Translations under genes and position numbers: made by a program
The notes under the pieces: generated by a model
What the model was told of the DNA's origin: nothing
The model's input: the letters and a program-made list of their open reading frames with translations, nothing else
Database searches by the model: none
Assembly: GCF_001194135.2 (NCBI RefSeq)
Contig: NC_068984.1
Span: forward strand, 38,875,444 to 38,939,443
From: Octopus bimaculoides
Lineage: Eukaryota
Reading direction: 5' to 3'
Length of the DNA stretch: 64,000 nucleotides
Part shown: piece after piece, positions 22,231 to 36,077 of the stretch
How positions within the stretch are numbered: position 1 is the stretch's first letter
How the letters are laid out: the number at the start of each line of letters is the position of its first letter

Positions 22231-23746
22231 TCCTCACTGCCCGACTCGAGTAAAGCATATAGGCTAAGGAGTGAAAGGCTTGTGACCCTAATTTAACTAC
22301 TGATGATAAAGAAGGGATTCTGACATTGCAGTTGATTCATAGGTGGAGTTTACAGTACCTCTTCTGTAGTTTCTACATGGGATTAAGCAACTCCAGTGAT
22401 TTATCTGGATGGTGAGAGAAAGTGAAATGAAAGGAAGAGATACAAATGGTCTAGTGGTTTAACTGGAAGGACTATGCAGTTGGTTCAGAAAAACAGAGGT
22501 ATTGTGTGTGAAGTTACCATAGGAGATCATCAGATATTGTAAAGTCTTATTTGCAGCAATTTTGAGAATTTTAGTCATGATGCTCCTCTCTAGAAAGGGT
22601 AAAGTACAAGACTGTTTCCTTGGTATATGTGGTAATTGTCTTTGTGTTGTTGATGGGGTTTAAGTTGTTATGTGCTCATTGCTGAATATTTTTGTAGCCT
22701 CTGATCATGTTCTAAGTATATTCTCCCCAATTCTTGCCTTAGATAACCTTCAGAAGAAGAAAAAATTTTTAAACCTATCCCTAGTGCTCTCATCTATATG
22801 TGTGTGTGTGTATATATATATATACACACACACATGGAATCTTCTCATCTCACACTACCAGTCACATGTAAATCTTTTCAAAGACTCCAAATGCATTCTC
22901 AACATTTTGCTTCTCTCTCTCCCTCTCTCTCTCACACACACGAGAAATGGAGAGGCACTTTAATTATTTTAAAAACATATTTTGAGATTTCAATCTGGAG
23001 ATCTTCAGATAGATCTATAGAAGAAACATGACCCATTCTGAAGAGCAACTTTTTTGACCTTCCAAAATCTTCAAAGACGATGAAAAAAAACGTTATGTTT
23101 ATGATAGTTTAAGGTAATAAAAAATGAGATGCTTGTATAATTCTACGAAAAAATTGACCGTCACAAGCAATTGCCACTAGATTTTTGTTTTCTTCCTTCA
23201 CCTAAAATGGAAATTTCAATAAAAGTAGTTATGTATAGCTGTCAGTACATCAATCCTTAGCTTCGACATGGCATTTGAGTTATTTCCCTTATTTCAGGGT
23301 TTTAAAAAATTTTTTTTTTTATATCGTGCAAATGATATTGGACCAAGATTATTCATAACGTACAAATCTAAATTAACTGATCACCAGACTTGTTCAGACT
23401 ACCCTATGCTGATGAAGACTTATAGATTGAAACATGCTACTTAACGTCTTAATTTCTTGAAATTATCCCCCTTTCCACTCCGAGAGTCCTTCACAATAGC
23501 TACTAGTTGTTGTTCTTTCTCCTGCTAAAAGGAAATGTTTGCAAGTAGTATTTAGTAAATCCATCAACCCTTTTATTTATACAGAAATAGATTTTTTTTA
23601 TTAAGCTTTGTTTATATATATTGTCATGTTGAAAGAAAGCTAACGTAATGTATTGTGATTTATTGATTGTGCCTTGAACTTAAAAGTCAGTTACTTCTTT
23701 TGAAATATCATTCCTTACAAAATGTTTAATCCTTTTTTCATTGTAG

Positions 23747-23867
23747 AAGTCGATCATTAGGTATATTTGCTGCTACTGGAGGTGTAGCGCTTTTGTATTT
23801 TACTGACTGGAAGTTAATACTTCAATATGTCCCAATAATTAAGAGAAAATTCAAAGAAGAAGAGTAA
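23747..23867 (+). CDS. UQCR11: UQCR11 coding exon 2 (protein 57 aa in total)
   Basis: ttttttcattgtag acceptor; SRSLGIFAATGGVALLYFTDWKLILQYVPIIKRKFKEEE* carries the diagnostic TDW[K/R]LIL..VP.I..KF motif. Confidence 0.92.
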
Positions 23868-24611
23868 GTCAACATTTTTTCTGTCTTTCTATTTGTTCAA
23901 TATTATTGATACTAAGATCATTTAATTTGATTTTTTTGTTTTTTCTTGTCAAATGATTTGCAACACGTTTTTTTTTTTCTTTTAATGAATCTGTTGCACT
24001 AATATCTGTAACTATGTTTTAACTAGAATTTATAACTGCTGCCTTATCTTTGGAACATATTAATTCCAATGACAAAACTAAACACAACAGTATGCACATA
24101 TTTAACAAGATATTCTCAGAAAGCCTCTCTAAGAAACACATGTTAAAGATTGCAATAAATAAGAAATATATATATGTGCACAGGTATGGTTATATGATGA
24201 AGAAAATGTATTCACAAGTATGTGGTTCTGAGTTTGGTCCCATTGCACAGCACTTTGGACAAGTGTTTTCTACCATAAGCTTTGTGAACTGAATTTGGTA
24301 GACAAAATGTAAGGAAGCCTGTCATGTGCATGTTGTCACTTTATATCAGATTGCTCTTAGCTTCATGCTTGAAAGCATTCTTCAGACATGTAGCTGGTAA
24401 AAAGATTAGTGCTGAATTATCCAAGAGTACCAAAGTTCTTTCTCCCAACCACTTCTGTCTAAGGGTTATATTTATCATAAATCTATGTGTAAAGTAACTT
24501 GATTTAATATAAACAATAAATTTACTCTAATTTTTTAAAGTTCTGTTTATTCATAAAGTTAATTTGTAGGTAATTACACTTGTAAATACAGCACCATAAC
24601 TATATACATAT

Positions 24612-25810
24612 AGGGTCAACCTAACAAAAACCAAAGTCTTAGTAAGTAGGAAGGCTGTCAAACCACAATCCCCTTCAGGTAGATGGCCCTGCTCGATCTG
24701 TAGAAAAGGTGTGGGTAGAAACTCCATACAATGTACCTGGTGTAAGCTATGGACACATAAAAGGTGCAGCAATATCAAAGGAAGGTTAACCAGGAAAATA
24801 GTTTTTGTGTGTGGCAGATGCACAGGGGCAATAAACACTGAAGATGTTGAGACAACAGATTCCATCACATGCCAGGGGAGAAGCTAAAAGTAGTTAATGG
24901 CTTTTGCTACCTAGGCAACCAAGTCTGTAGTGGGGGTATTTGCTCTGACTTTGTAGCGGCTAGAATAAGGATAGCCTGGGCAAAGTTTAGGGAACTCCTA
25001 CCTCTGCTGGCAACTAAGGGCCTCTCGTTCAGGCTGAAAGGTAGACTATGATGCATGTGTGCGAACTGCCATGGTGCACGGCAGTGAAACATGGGCCATA
25101 ACTGCTGAGGACATGCGTAGGCTTGAAAGAAATGGAGCTAGTATGATCCGCTCGATGTGTAATGCCAGTGTGCATACACAACAAAGTGTAAGTGCCCTGA
25201 GAGAAGGGCACAAGAAGCATCAAATGTGGTGCAAGAGAGACGACTGCACTGGTATGGTCATGTGTTACGTATGGATGAGGACAGCTGCATGAGGAAGTGT
25301 CACTCCCTGACTATGGAAGGAACCTGTGGAAGAAGTAGATCCAGGAAGACATGGGATGAGGTGGTGAAGCATGACCTTCAACCATTGGGCTTCACAGAGG
25401 CAATGACAGGAGATATGCTGTGATTGAGAAAACCCAGCACTAAAGTGAGATCACAGCCACGCATGTCCGGCCCAGTTAAGAGTACTCCTGATGTGTTGTG
25501 CAATATATGCTTGAGAAGACCTGTTGTGTCAAGTAAAATCAATATTGTAGCTGTGGCCAGTGCTCCCTAACTGACTCCCATGCTGGTGGCACGTAAAAAG
25601 CACTATCCAAACGGGATCGCTGCCAGGCCTGCCTGACTGGCTTCTGTGCTGGTGGCACATAAAAAGCACCCACTACACTCTCGCAGTAGTTGGCGTTAGG
25701 AAGGGCATCCAGCTGTAGAAACATTGCCAGATCAGACTGGAGCCTGGTCAGCCGCTGGCTCTGTTAAATCGTCCAGTCCATGCCAGCATGGAAAACGATA
25801 ATGATGATTG
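24612..25810 (+). mobile_element. RTE LINE 3' portion (PHD-like finger, post-RT region, 3' UTR and tail)
   Basis: ...F.YLG.QV...G.CS..V.ARIR.AW.KFRELLPLL..KG.S...KGRL...RLRWYGHVLRMDEDSC..KC.......G...R.R.RKTWDEVV..DL, then the family tail. Confidence 0.9.
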
Positions 25811-26169
25811 CCAATAAAACAGGAAAACTGATGCTTTTGAATGAAGCTCCTTGTCATAGTTCTTTACTGAGTTATCAAGACAATCTTTTGTTATTCTTAC
25901 CATTCAAAATACAGCAAAATTGGTTGACTTGTAGGAAACTTGTAATTAATGATGTTACTGTTCACCAATTGCAATATATAATATCCAACTATACAACTTT
26001 AGTTACTAAAACCTATGAATATTCGTCCTCAGTCACCTGAATTACAACTTCCAACTATGATCACCTCAAACTAACAGCAGAACTGAAGGCAAGCCAATGG
26101 CACTATACTGAGAAGATTGACTCAGTGCCACAGACAAGCTACCAAGAAGTTAAGAGCTAATGCTTTGCT

Positions 26170-26560
26170 CCCCATAGAGATGATGTGAAAGATATGCATT
26201 GATATATATATGAAAGATAATGGAAAGTCTAAAACCTAACTTCGGGATTGAAAGCTCTACCAATCACCAAACTAGACACCATTGCATTGTACCAAAGATC
26301 CTGTCCTCTCTGTCCAGAGTAAGGACCCAGTACTGTAATGGCTTAGGTTTCAGAGACCTGCAACTTTCCAATATCTTGCCAAAAGGCCCCAGAAATCTAC
26401 TAGGAGTAGATGTATTTAAAGAATATTTAGACAATTTTCTGAAGTACTAGATGCACCACAACAAGAAATGCAAAGAAGGGCAGCCTTGTCCAACTCACTA
26501 CTTCACCAGGATTGATTCCAGAGACGGAGCCAGAAAATGGGTCTAAAATAAACAAGCATT
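26170..26560 (+). mobile_element. CR1/L2-group LINE 3' fragment
   Basis: RHHCIVPKI.S.LSRVRTQYCN.L.FR..QL.NILPK..RNL.GVDVFK..LD.FL, similar to 47520-47760. Confidence 0.6.
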
Positions 26561-29500
26561 AATGCTGAGTGTCCCAGCATAGCTACAGCATGCGGGTTGA
26601 AACCAGTAAAAGAATACAAATGACATTAGTTCTAAATACTAACCAGCAAATGCTCTTATTAAACACTTTGCCTAATCCAGTAATCTAAGATTAAAACAAC
26701 CGTGTTGCATCCATTCCCAAGCATATTATAGAAATAAGTCAAATTCAAGTAACATACAAAACACCTTGGACTTGCAAGGAGTTTCACTTTTCAAATATTC
26801 ATGCAAACAGTACCAAATCTTCAAGTTATCAAAGGTGGTTTAATTTTAGGCAGATACATGAAAATAGCATTCAGTATTTATAATATGCATTAGGTATAAA
26901 CAGTAAAAATTGAACTCTAGGAGAAATCATTAAAAAACTGCACACTTCTTGGCAAACTTATTTCATCTGGTGCACTTTGTATTTACTTTTTTCTGACACA
27001 ATTCACTATTTTTTTCTTTTGATGGGTAGCAAAATCTACTGCTTCACTTTGACAACTTGTAGATTAATGTTTATTATACCTCTTGCTATTTATTAATCTG
27101 CTGGTCAATTACGAGATTAAAACTCTGAACTTACAAAAACATTCCATTTTTCCAAACACCAGGTCTCATGCTGAATATAGATGTTAAATGTCGTTTAGCA
27201 ACTTAACTGCTTGTTTTGTATATATAGAGTAGCTTTAATTATATTACAATCCTTTAGTTAATTTAGAACTATAATATGCTTATTTGAGGCTCAGTATACA
27301 ATCATCAGAAACATCATTATTGCCAGCAAGCTCTCAACCAAATGCATATCCAATGTAATTTTTATTTTAGCATCCATTGTCCATGCTGGTATCGGTTGGA
27401 CAGTTTGACTAAGCCCGATAAACTGAGAGACTGCACCAGACTCCAGTCTAATTTGGCATGGTTTCTATAGCTGGATGCCAATTATGTGACACCAGTATCT
27501 GCCAGGACGACATTTTCACTTGGCTTGATTGGTCTACTCAAGCACAGCATATTGCCAAAGGTTTTGGTCATGTGTCATTGCTTCTCTGAAGCCATTGTAT
27601 ATTTCATATCCACTTTTCCATGCTTGCATTGGGTCAGATGGCATTTGAGACAGGTTTTTATATGGTCAAGCTCTTTTTTTGCCAACCCTCACTTATTTCC
27701 AAGCAAGTTAATATTTGCCCATAACCAGATAATGTTTCCATGTAAGATTATAAATAAACACCACCACCACTTGGACGATGATACTTGTAAACAGCTGCAA
27801 CACCATATCAAGACAAAAGCACACTCAGATTCAGAATGATGAACTCCACTTACAAGGTTTTGAGATATGTAGTGTTGAATGAAAGCATTGTCAAAGCTTT
27901 TATAGTTGGATCCAAATTTCCAGGTTAATATCTAAGTATTTTATCTCACAAGACACTCATTTTCAGTTTTATTTTGCATCTTTAGAGTCTATGTACACAC
28001 AGAAAGCTATTTAGAAAAGTGGAATGTTTTGCTGTGCATTTGGTCAAGTAAAAACTGGTAGTGGTGGTAATTTTGTCGAAAATATATATATTTTCTGTAA
28101 TTTAGTCAATAGATTAAAGTGTTCATCTGAAACGAGGTGCAAGATACAATACAAGTCATATACTGAAGATTTTCTTTATTATTTTAATTTCCAATAATTA
28201 CTTTTGAACTGAGCTTTATTTGAAATAATATAACTGTTATATTTCCCCTTGAGTACTGATTGTCTTGGCAAGGAATGAATATGCTTACTAAATTCTTATA
28301 TGGGAAAAAGAACTGAATCATCCTTTAAAAAAAAAGGTATGATGAATGAAGTTGGAAATAAACTCTAGTCATTTGTGTTCTCACAGACACCTTTTGAAAA
28401 ATTTTTTGCTGATTATCATTGTAGTGAGTTATGTCAGGAATTGTTCCATTTTGATAACAATGTTGCAATATTTATATATGTGAGGATAATTTATACATGA
28501 TATCCATTGCTGAAGATAGGTAATCACTGGTTCAACTTGAATAAGCATAGTTAGTAGGTAAAGACATCATAGCAAGCTGTTTGATAGTTTTTGTAATTTG
28601 AAGTGCCGGCCTTTAAACTCTCAAATTCTATATCATATTTGACATTTCTCTTTTATAATTGTAACTTTCTTCTAAAATTGATGTAGTTATGATTAGACTA
28701 CATATATGGCTTGCTAATGTGGAACACCAATCTAGAAAAAAACTTTTTAATCAGCTATGTAGAATTATGTTCTTTGCACAGTGGCTGTAGTAGTAAGTTC
28801 AATATCTTATATTTCACCTTTAATAAACAAATCACAGACCTCTAGATGCTGGTTGGCAGCAATTTCTAGGAACACAACTTGGAATAAAAGTAAATTATAT
28901 TTATTATTCAGGTAAGCTTTTGACAGTTTAAATTTTATCCAACTGGCTTTAATCTCAAAGAGTCAAGACAAAATTGATTTCATAAGTTGTGAAAATTAAA
29001 TGTTTTTGGAGAATTACTATTTAAGAGGCACATCTCCATTTTTCATTGCTATACAGCAACACAGAGACCATTTAATTGTTTCTCAGTTGCCTATATAAAT
29101 ATTGAAGAGGTTTTTAAATGCTATTTCCTCATGTTGATGGTAATTAGATTTACATTTGATTTGTTACAACTTATCATTTTTGTAAAAACAGCTCAAGCAA
29201 TAGCAAGTATTGAGGTAATAAAACAAGAGTTCTAATAGTAGTTTCTTAAAAAAAAAACTTGATTTCAATTTTACCATTAAATTTCAAAGTAAAGCTGGGA
29301 AATTTAGAATGAGATTCTATAAAACAGAGCAACAGAACTATGGCTATTAGTGAATTAGTGTTGCTGTCAAATGTCTTTATACTCTTATTGAACTAATTAG
29401 GTTTACTATTGTATTACATTAATTTATCAAATAATTACCATGTATTTGTAAATCAAAACAAGTCAGCTTTACTGTTATAAGATCTGGACAAACCAAAATG

Positions 29501-31583
29501 TGAAACTAAATATTTAAAATTATTTTCTCTTTAACAGGTAAATGTTAGCTGGACAAGAAAATTGTTTGGATATGCAGCTATATAGAAGACTGAAAAATAA
29601 AATTAAAAAATGAATTGTATATTGTCTTCATAGTTTTTTTTTTCCTTCACGAGATAAATCTAGTGTCAGTCTTAGTAGTATCTACATATTCTCATTCTAG
29701 AACATTGATATATTGTGTCGGCCTCCATTTTTTAAACAATTTACAATGGGCATACATTTTATTCATACAAATAACTTTAAATTGTATATTAAAATAGAGG
29801 AAAAGTATACTAAGCTTTTCTATAAACCCTTGAAATACTCATTCCAGCCTGTATTTTTTTTACTGATTTTCAGGGCAATGGAATGCAGTCATGCTGGGCC
29901 ACTGCCTTCAGAAGTTTTAGTCACAGCCATGCCTATACTTTTATACATCCATGAATTACAACCTCTATCATGTTACAATTTAATATTTTAAATAAAAGCT
30001 CCATTGCATGTAAAAATAAAGATTTTGGGATAAAGTGAATCCTGATTCTTCCAATAGAGTTGATAAATTTAAATGCTGAGCAATGCATGTGAGAAATCAA
30101 ACACTTCAAATTTATTTTGAAAGTTTAACATATAGGCAATCTTTAAAAAGATTAATTTTCAGAGTTAATTCAAAAGTGTGAAACTAAGAAAATTATTAAA
30201 CTTAATGACTGCTATTTCTTTTTCACTTCCAACTTTGATATGAAAATCTTGATAGGATGGAAAAAAGGAAAGCAATGATTTTTTAAGAAAGCAGGTGTGT
30301 CAAATATATTCATAAATGCAAATTAATTTCGTTTGCAATGTCCACTCTTGCATGGGTTGGAACATATATCTCAACTTTTGCAACAGATCTAAAAGACGTT
30401 ATCAATAACACTATGAAACTGAAATAGCTTAGTTCTTAATTCATTATTGAGAACACTTTAAAATAAAAGCAAGTAATAATCTTCTTGCATGCTACAAGCT
30501 AGTTTTTATCATGTCCAAGTTTTTAACTCAACCAGCTAAATCTAACAATGATGGAAAGCAAACCAGACTTCTGTAAACATCCTTTTTATTATTTAGACTA
30601 CAAAGTGACTTGAGGGAAAAAAGTTTGGAATGTAGCAGGAATTTGTTATTTTAATTAGTTTTTCAAAATTTAACTTAAGCTGATTAATTTGGTAGTAAAT
30701 CTTGAATGATAGTTGGATGTGTCACTATATTCAAGTAAATATAAAAAGGAGCAAAGCAAAGCAAATAAGAAGAGTAGTTTGGAAGTCACATTGAAATGAA
30801 ACAAATGTTAAAAACAAAAAAATGGAAGATGTCGGATTTCCAGCTAAATGATATTGATATATACTTATTGAATTAATTTTGACTGTCTGCACTTCTAAGA
30901 ATGAGAATATGAGCTTGAGATTTATATTTTTGAGATAGAGGAACAGTTTACAGAGGACAATTTATTAAAAATGAAAACAGCAAACTATCTATAAGACAAG
31001 CTTTTTTCCTTTTACCATCATGATTTATATACTCATAATTTTACATGGATGAACATACGCACAGAATATATGCATCCAAAATTGACATTAACATGAACAG
31101 ACATACCCTTTAGAATAGAACTAAATGTGTGTGGTGTGTGTATTTGTATGTGTGTATACAGTCCATTGTAAAATAGTAACAATGTTTGTGTGTGTGTGTG
31201 TGTGTGTGTGTTGTGTGGATTGGTGTATTTTTGAAGTTATATGTATGTATAAATACTAAAGAAAGTGCAATTGTTTATCTCTAACCAATGGTTGATTCAA
31301 GAAACCTTCCAGGAATGCAAACGTTTAGAGTGTTTAGAAAATAAGTAAAATAGTTCAATTTACTCATAGTTTGCATAAAAATTTGGATATTAAAAAGGTT
31401 TCTGAACTTGGCTGAAATTATATTCAGAACAAACTAAGAAAGTTGGAAGAGTGTGGTAGTTGTTGATGTCACACTGTCCCTTAGCATACTTTTGTCTCTT
31501 GGCTGGTGGCTTGTCAGCAGCCAAATAGCAAGTTCTGGCATCCTGCTTCCAACGGCTCATTGACACCAACCAATTTTATAAGT

Positions 31584-31679
31584 TCAACAGCAGTTACTAC
31601 CACTGGTTCCTCCGCCACCAGCAGAAGGCATGCTGGTGTTGGCATTGGAATGTTGTGGACCAATCTTGATTCCATTTGC
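31584..31679 (-). CDS. RAB2: Rab2 exon 8 (last)
   Basis: tttcacag acceptor; ANGIKIGPQHSNANTSMPSAGGGGTSGSNCC* with a terminal di-Cys geranylgeranylation motif. Confidence 0.95.
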   Translation of the reverse strand, partial: ANGIKIGPQHSNANTSMPSAGGGGTSGSNCC

Positions 31680-31831
31680 CTGTGAAAGAAAAAAAATTTT
31701 TTTTAAATCTGAAACTCGTAGAACTTGAATATCAATTCCAAAAAAATCTAATAAAATAATTTGATATCAGTGGTGAAGGACATTAATTCTTATCAAAGGA
31801 AGATTATATGTGTTTTTACATTTTATCTTAG

Positions 31832-34800
31832 ATCATTATCATCGTTTAACGTCCGTTTTCCATGCTAGCATGAGCTGGATGGTTGGCTGGAGTCTGGGAA
31901 GCCAGGAGGCAGTACCAGGCTCCAGTCTGATCTGGCAGTGTTTCTACAGCTGGATGCCCTTTCTAACACCAACCACTCTGTAAGTGTAGTGGGTGCTTTT
32001 TATGTGCCATTGGCACAGGGGCCAGAGGAGGCTGGCAACGGCCACAATCAGTTGGTGCTTTTTACGTGCCACCGGCCACGTTCGGATGGTGCTTTTTATG
32101 TGCCACTGCACAGGTAACACAACTACAATCTCCATTTTGACGATATACTTGACTCAATAGATTTCCTCAAGCACAGCAGGTCACCCTACGATCCAAAGTA
32201 CTCCTGAATGGGCTGGGGCTGGTTATGCGAAACTGGTGTAGAATACAGCTGTGAACTCACTTTATTTGCCAGACCTTCGCAGTCACAGCATATCTCCAGA
32301 GGTCTCGGTCTTTCGTCATTGCTCTGTGAGGCCCAACGTTTGAAGGTCATGCTTCACTACCTCATCCCATGTCTTCCTGGGTCTACCTCTACTCCAGATT
32401 CCTTCAACTGTTTGGGAGTGGCACATTTTCACACAGCTCTCCATCCATCCATAGTACATGATCATACCAGCGCATACGTCTCTCTTGCACATCACATCCA
32501 ATGCTTTTTATGTCCAACATTTCTCTCAGGGAGCTTACACATCCAGCGGATCATGCTAGCTTTGTTTCTTTCAAGCCTACGCATATCCTCCACAGTCACG
32601 GCCCATGTTTCACTGCCATGAAGCATGGCAGTTCGCATACATGCATCATACAATCAACCTTTCACTGAGCGAGACGCCCTTTGTCACCAGTAGCTTTGCC
32701 CAGGCTATTCTTATTCTAGTGGTAACACTCTCAGAGCATCCACCCCCACTACTAACTTGGTCACCTAGGTAGGAGAAGCTATCAACTACTAGTTTCTTCC
32801 ACTGGAGTGTGATGGAATCTATTTTCTGAGCATCTGTGGTGTTTATTACCCCTGTGCATCTGCTGCACACGAAAGCCATCTTCCTTTGATGTTGCTGCAT
32901 CTCTTATGTCTCCATAGCTTACACTGGGTACATCTTATGGAGTTTCTACCTACACCTTTTCTACAGATCGAGCAGGGCCACCTACTTTAAGGGGTATGTG
33001 ATGTGTTCACCTTCCTACTAACTAGAACTTTGGTCTCTGCAACATTAACTCTAAGGCCCTTCGACTTTAAACCTTGCTTCCAGACATGAAATTTCTTCTC
33101 TAGTTCTGCTATGAGGGCCAGGTCATCAGCATAGAGGAGCTCCCAGGGGCAAACGGTCTTGAATTCCTCTGTTATTGCCTGGAGGACTATGATGAATTAA
33201 AGGGGACTGAGAGTTGGTCCTTGGTGGACCCCTACTTCTACCCAGAATTCTACACTATACTCATTGCCAATCCTAACCTTAACAGCTTCTCTGTATAGGG
33301 CCTGTACAACCCTTATTAACCGTTTGTCAATCCCCAGTTTCTGCATCACCCACCAGATGAGGGATCAGGGGGACCCTGTCAAAGGCTTTCTCCAAGTCCA
33401 CAAAAGCTAAGTATAGGGGTTTATCTTTAGCTAGGTATTTCTCCTGCAGTTGTCGAACAAGGAATATAGCATCAGTGGTGCTTTTACCTGGCACAAAACC
33501 AAACTGCATCTCATCTAAGCAGATTCTCTCCCTAATGAGATGGGCTATGACCATCACCTGATCCAGTAGTTTGATACCCCTGTAATTATATCTATCTAAA
33601 GCATCACCTTTAGCCTTGTAGCAGTTGACTATGGTGCTGCTATGCCAGTCATTGGGTATGACTCCATCATGAACTACCTGGTTTACAATGCGGGTGACTA
33701 GGCCATAGCCCACACCACCAGATATTTTAAGCATCTCAGCAGTGATTCCTGATGGGCCGAGGGCTTTTCCTGGCTTCATACCCTTAATTGCTTTATCTAC
33801 CAGGGATCTGTCTATTCAGATAGCTGGTCCCTCTACCGGGTCGACATTTGGCAGGCTCTCCTCCTATTCATTCTCCACATTCAGCAGTCTTTCATAATGG
33901 CTTCTCCAAGTCTCTTTCTTTTCAGAATCATTAAAAGCAAGTGCACCATCATCCATGCGGACACATTTCTCTCCTGTGACATCACAATTTTCTCTCACAC
34001 ACTGTCTTGCAATCCAAAATACTTCAGTTCTTTGGTTCTCACATCGCTGGACATTGGCAAACTTCTGCACAGCCTTCCCTGCTATCCCCACCCTTCCAGG
34101 CCTGTTTCTTTGCTCTAATGGCTTTGTCTACGGTACTATTCCACCACCACGTAACTCTAGGTCTGGAAGGGACTTTGCACTATCCACAGACTTGGTTTGT
34201 GGCACTCAGCAAGCTGTCCCGTAGGAATTTCCAGCTACCTTCTATGTCCGATGTCTGTATTTCCTCCTCCCTCTCACCAAATTTCTTGATGAGGATGTCC
34301 CTAAATCTCTGACCATGTGAAGGGTTCTTTAACTTACAAATCCTTCCTTTCTGGATTGGTCTGCTTCTTGGTATCCTTTGGGCCTCGAGCCTAAAGTCAC
34401 TAATGACTAGCCTATGCTTGGGGGTACATTCTTCACCCAGGAGGGTCTTTGTATTTAAGAGTAAGCCTGCGTCCCGCTGTCTGGTGAGGATGAAATCAAT
34501 CTAGCTAGCAGAGTCACCTGATTGATAGGTTATCAGGTGGCTGTCTGGTTTCCTGAAGTTAGTGTTGCAGATTAAAAGGTTACATGCATCACAGAACTCC
34601 AGTAGCCTAGTTCCCTCATCGTTTCAGGAACCAATACCATGGCCTCCGTGTACACCAGTGAAGATACCGGATTGCCGCCCAACATGTCCATTAAAATCTC
34701 CAGCCACAAAGATGAGGTCATTGCCACTCGTCTTTGAAGTAGCCTGTAGAAGGGTATCATAAAATGGCCCTTCTGACCATTTTGTAGGTCCGCTTGTGGG

Positions 34801-34970
34801 GCGTAGGCAGAGATAATTGTAGCTACACTATTCTGCAAGACTAGCCTGAGCTTAAGCACTATCACATACCCTGACAACCACTATGACTTTAGCTACCCAT
34901 TTCTCTGCAAGGAGTATGCCTACACCCCCACCATATTACCTTGCCAGAAGATTTTATACCTATGTGCCTT
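31832..34970 (-). mobile_element. Long degenerate RTE LINE (APE endonuclease + RT + PHD-like region + 3' UTR + (GAT)n tail) in Rab2 intron 7
   Basis: KIFWQGN...GVGILLAEKWV, ISAYAPQ (APE); MKPGKALGPSGITAEMLK...QFGFVPGKSTTDAIFLVRQLQEKYLAK.KPLYLAFVDLEKAFDRVP (RT); same 3' end as the other copies; many frameshifts. Confidence 0.93.
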
Positions 34971-35376
34971 AGAATTTATCATTGTCCAAATTCCAATTGG
35001 GCAGACCTATGTCCAAAGGTTTTTCAGTAATTAACATTACATCGTTTCAAATATCTATAACAAGCTTGTCCAGTATAATTTAGATAGTAGTGTGATTTCA
35101 GAAAATTTGGTAGTTACCTCTAGCAAGTCAAGCAATTATTTAGAGACTACCTCACTGGCTCAAATGTATCTTTGTTCTTAGAGCAGGTATTTTTACAATT
35201 GGATTCTTTTAGATGTCAAATCCAGGCTAATTGGTTAGTGAATTTAATTTCCAGCTTGGAAAATAAGGCAACTAGTATACACAACAGTTTGCAACCCTAC
35301 ACTGCCTGCAGTCTGAGTCAAAGTACAGCAAAGAATCTATCTTGCAAACATTGCATTCATATTTAAATGGTTATTA

Positions 35377-35556
<180 letters not shown>

Positions 35557-35816
35557 CTAGAAAAGATAAACAATTAATTAAAATTCTAAAAATAAGCATT
35601 AAAATGTCAATGCTGATAAAATATGCAAAATGTCGATAAGAAAAATGCAATCACTGGCATAGTTTCAAAAAAAAAAAAAAAAAGATATTGAAATAAATTC
35701 CTAGAATATTCAGACTAAAAAGAAAAACTCATTCTGTCAAACTGATCTCTGTAATGAGATATCAAAAAAAAAAAAAATTACACGTTTTCTGTATGACATG
35801 AGAGCATGTGAAATCA

Positions 35817-36077
<261 letters not shown>

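Noticed and set aside
23409-23440. Hammerhead-ribozyme core-like motif (CTGATGA...GAAAC)
   Set aside because: Stem II is mismatched, there is no proper GTH cleavage triplet and no stem I; at most a dead Penelope-type relic.
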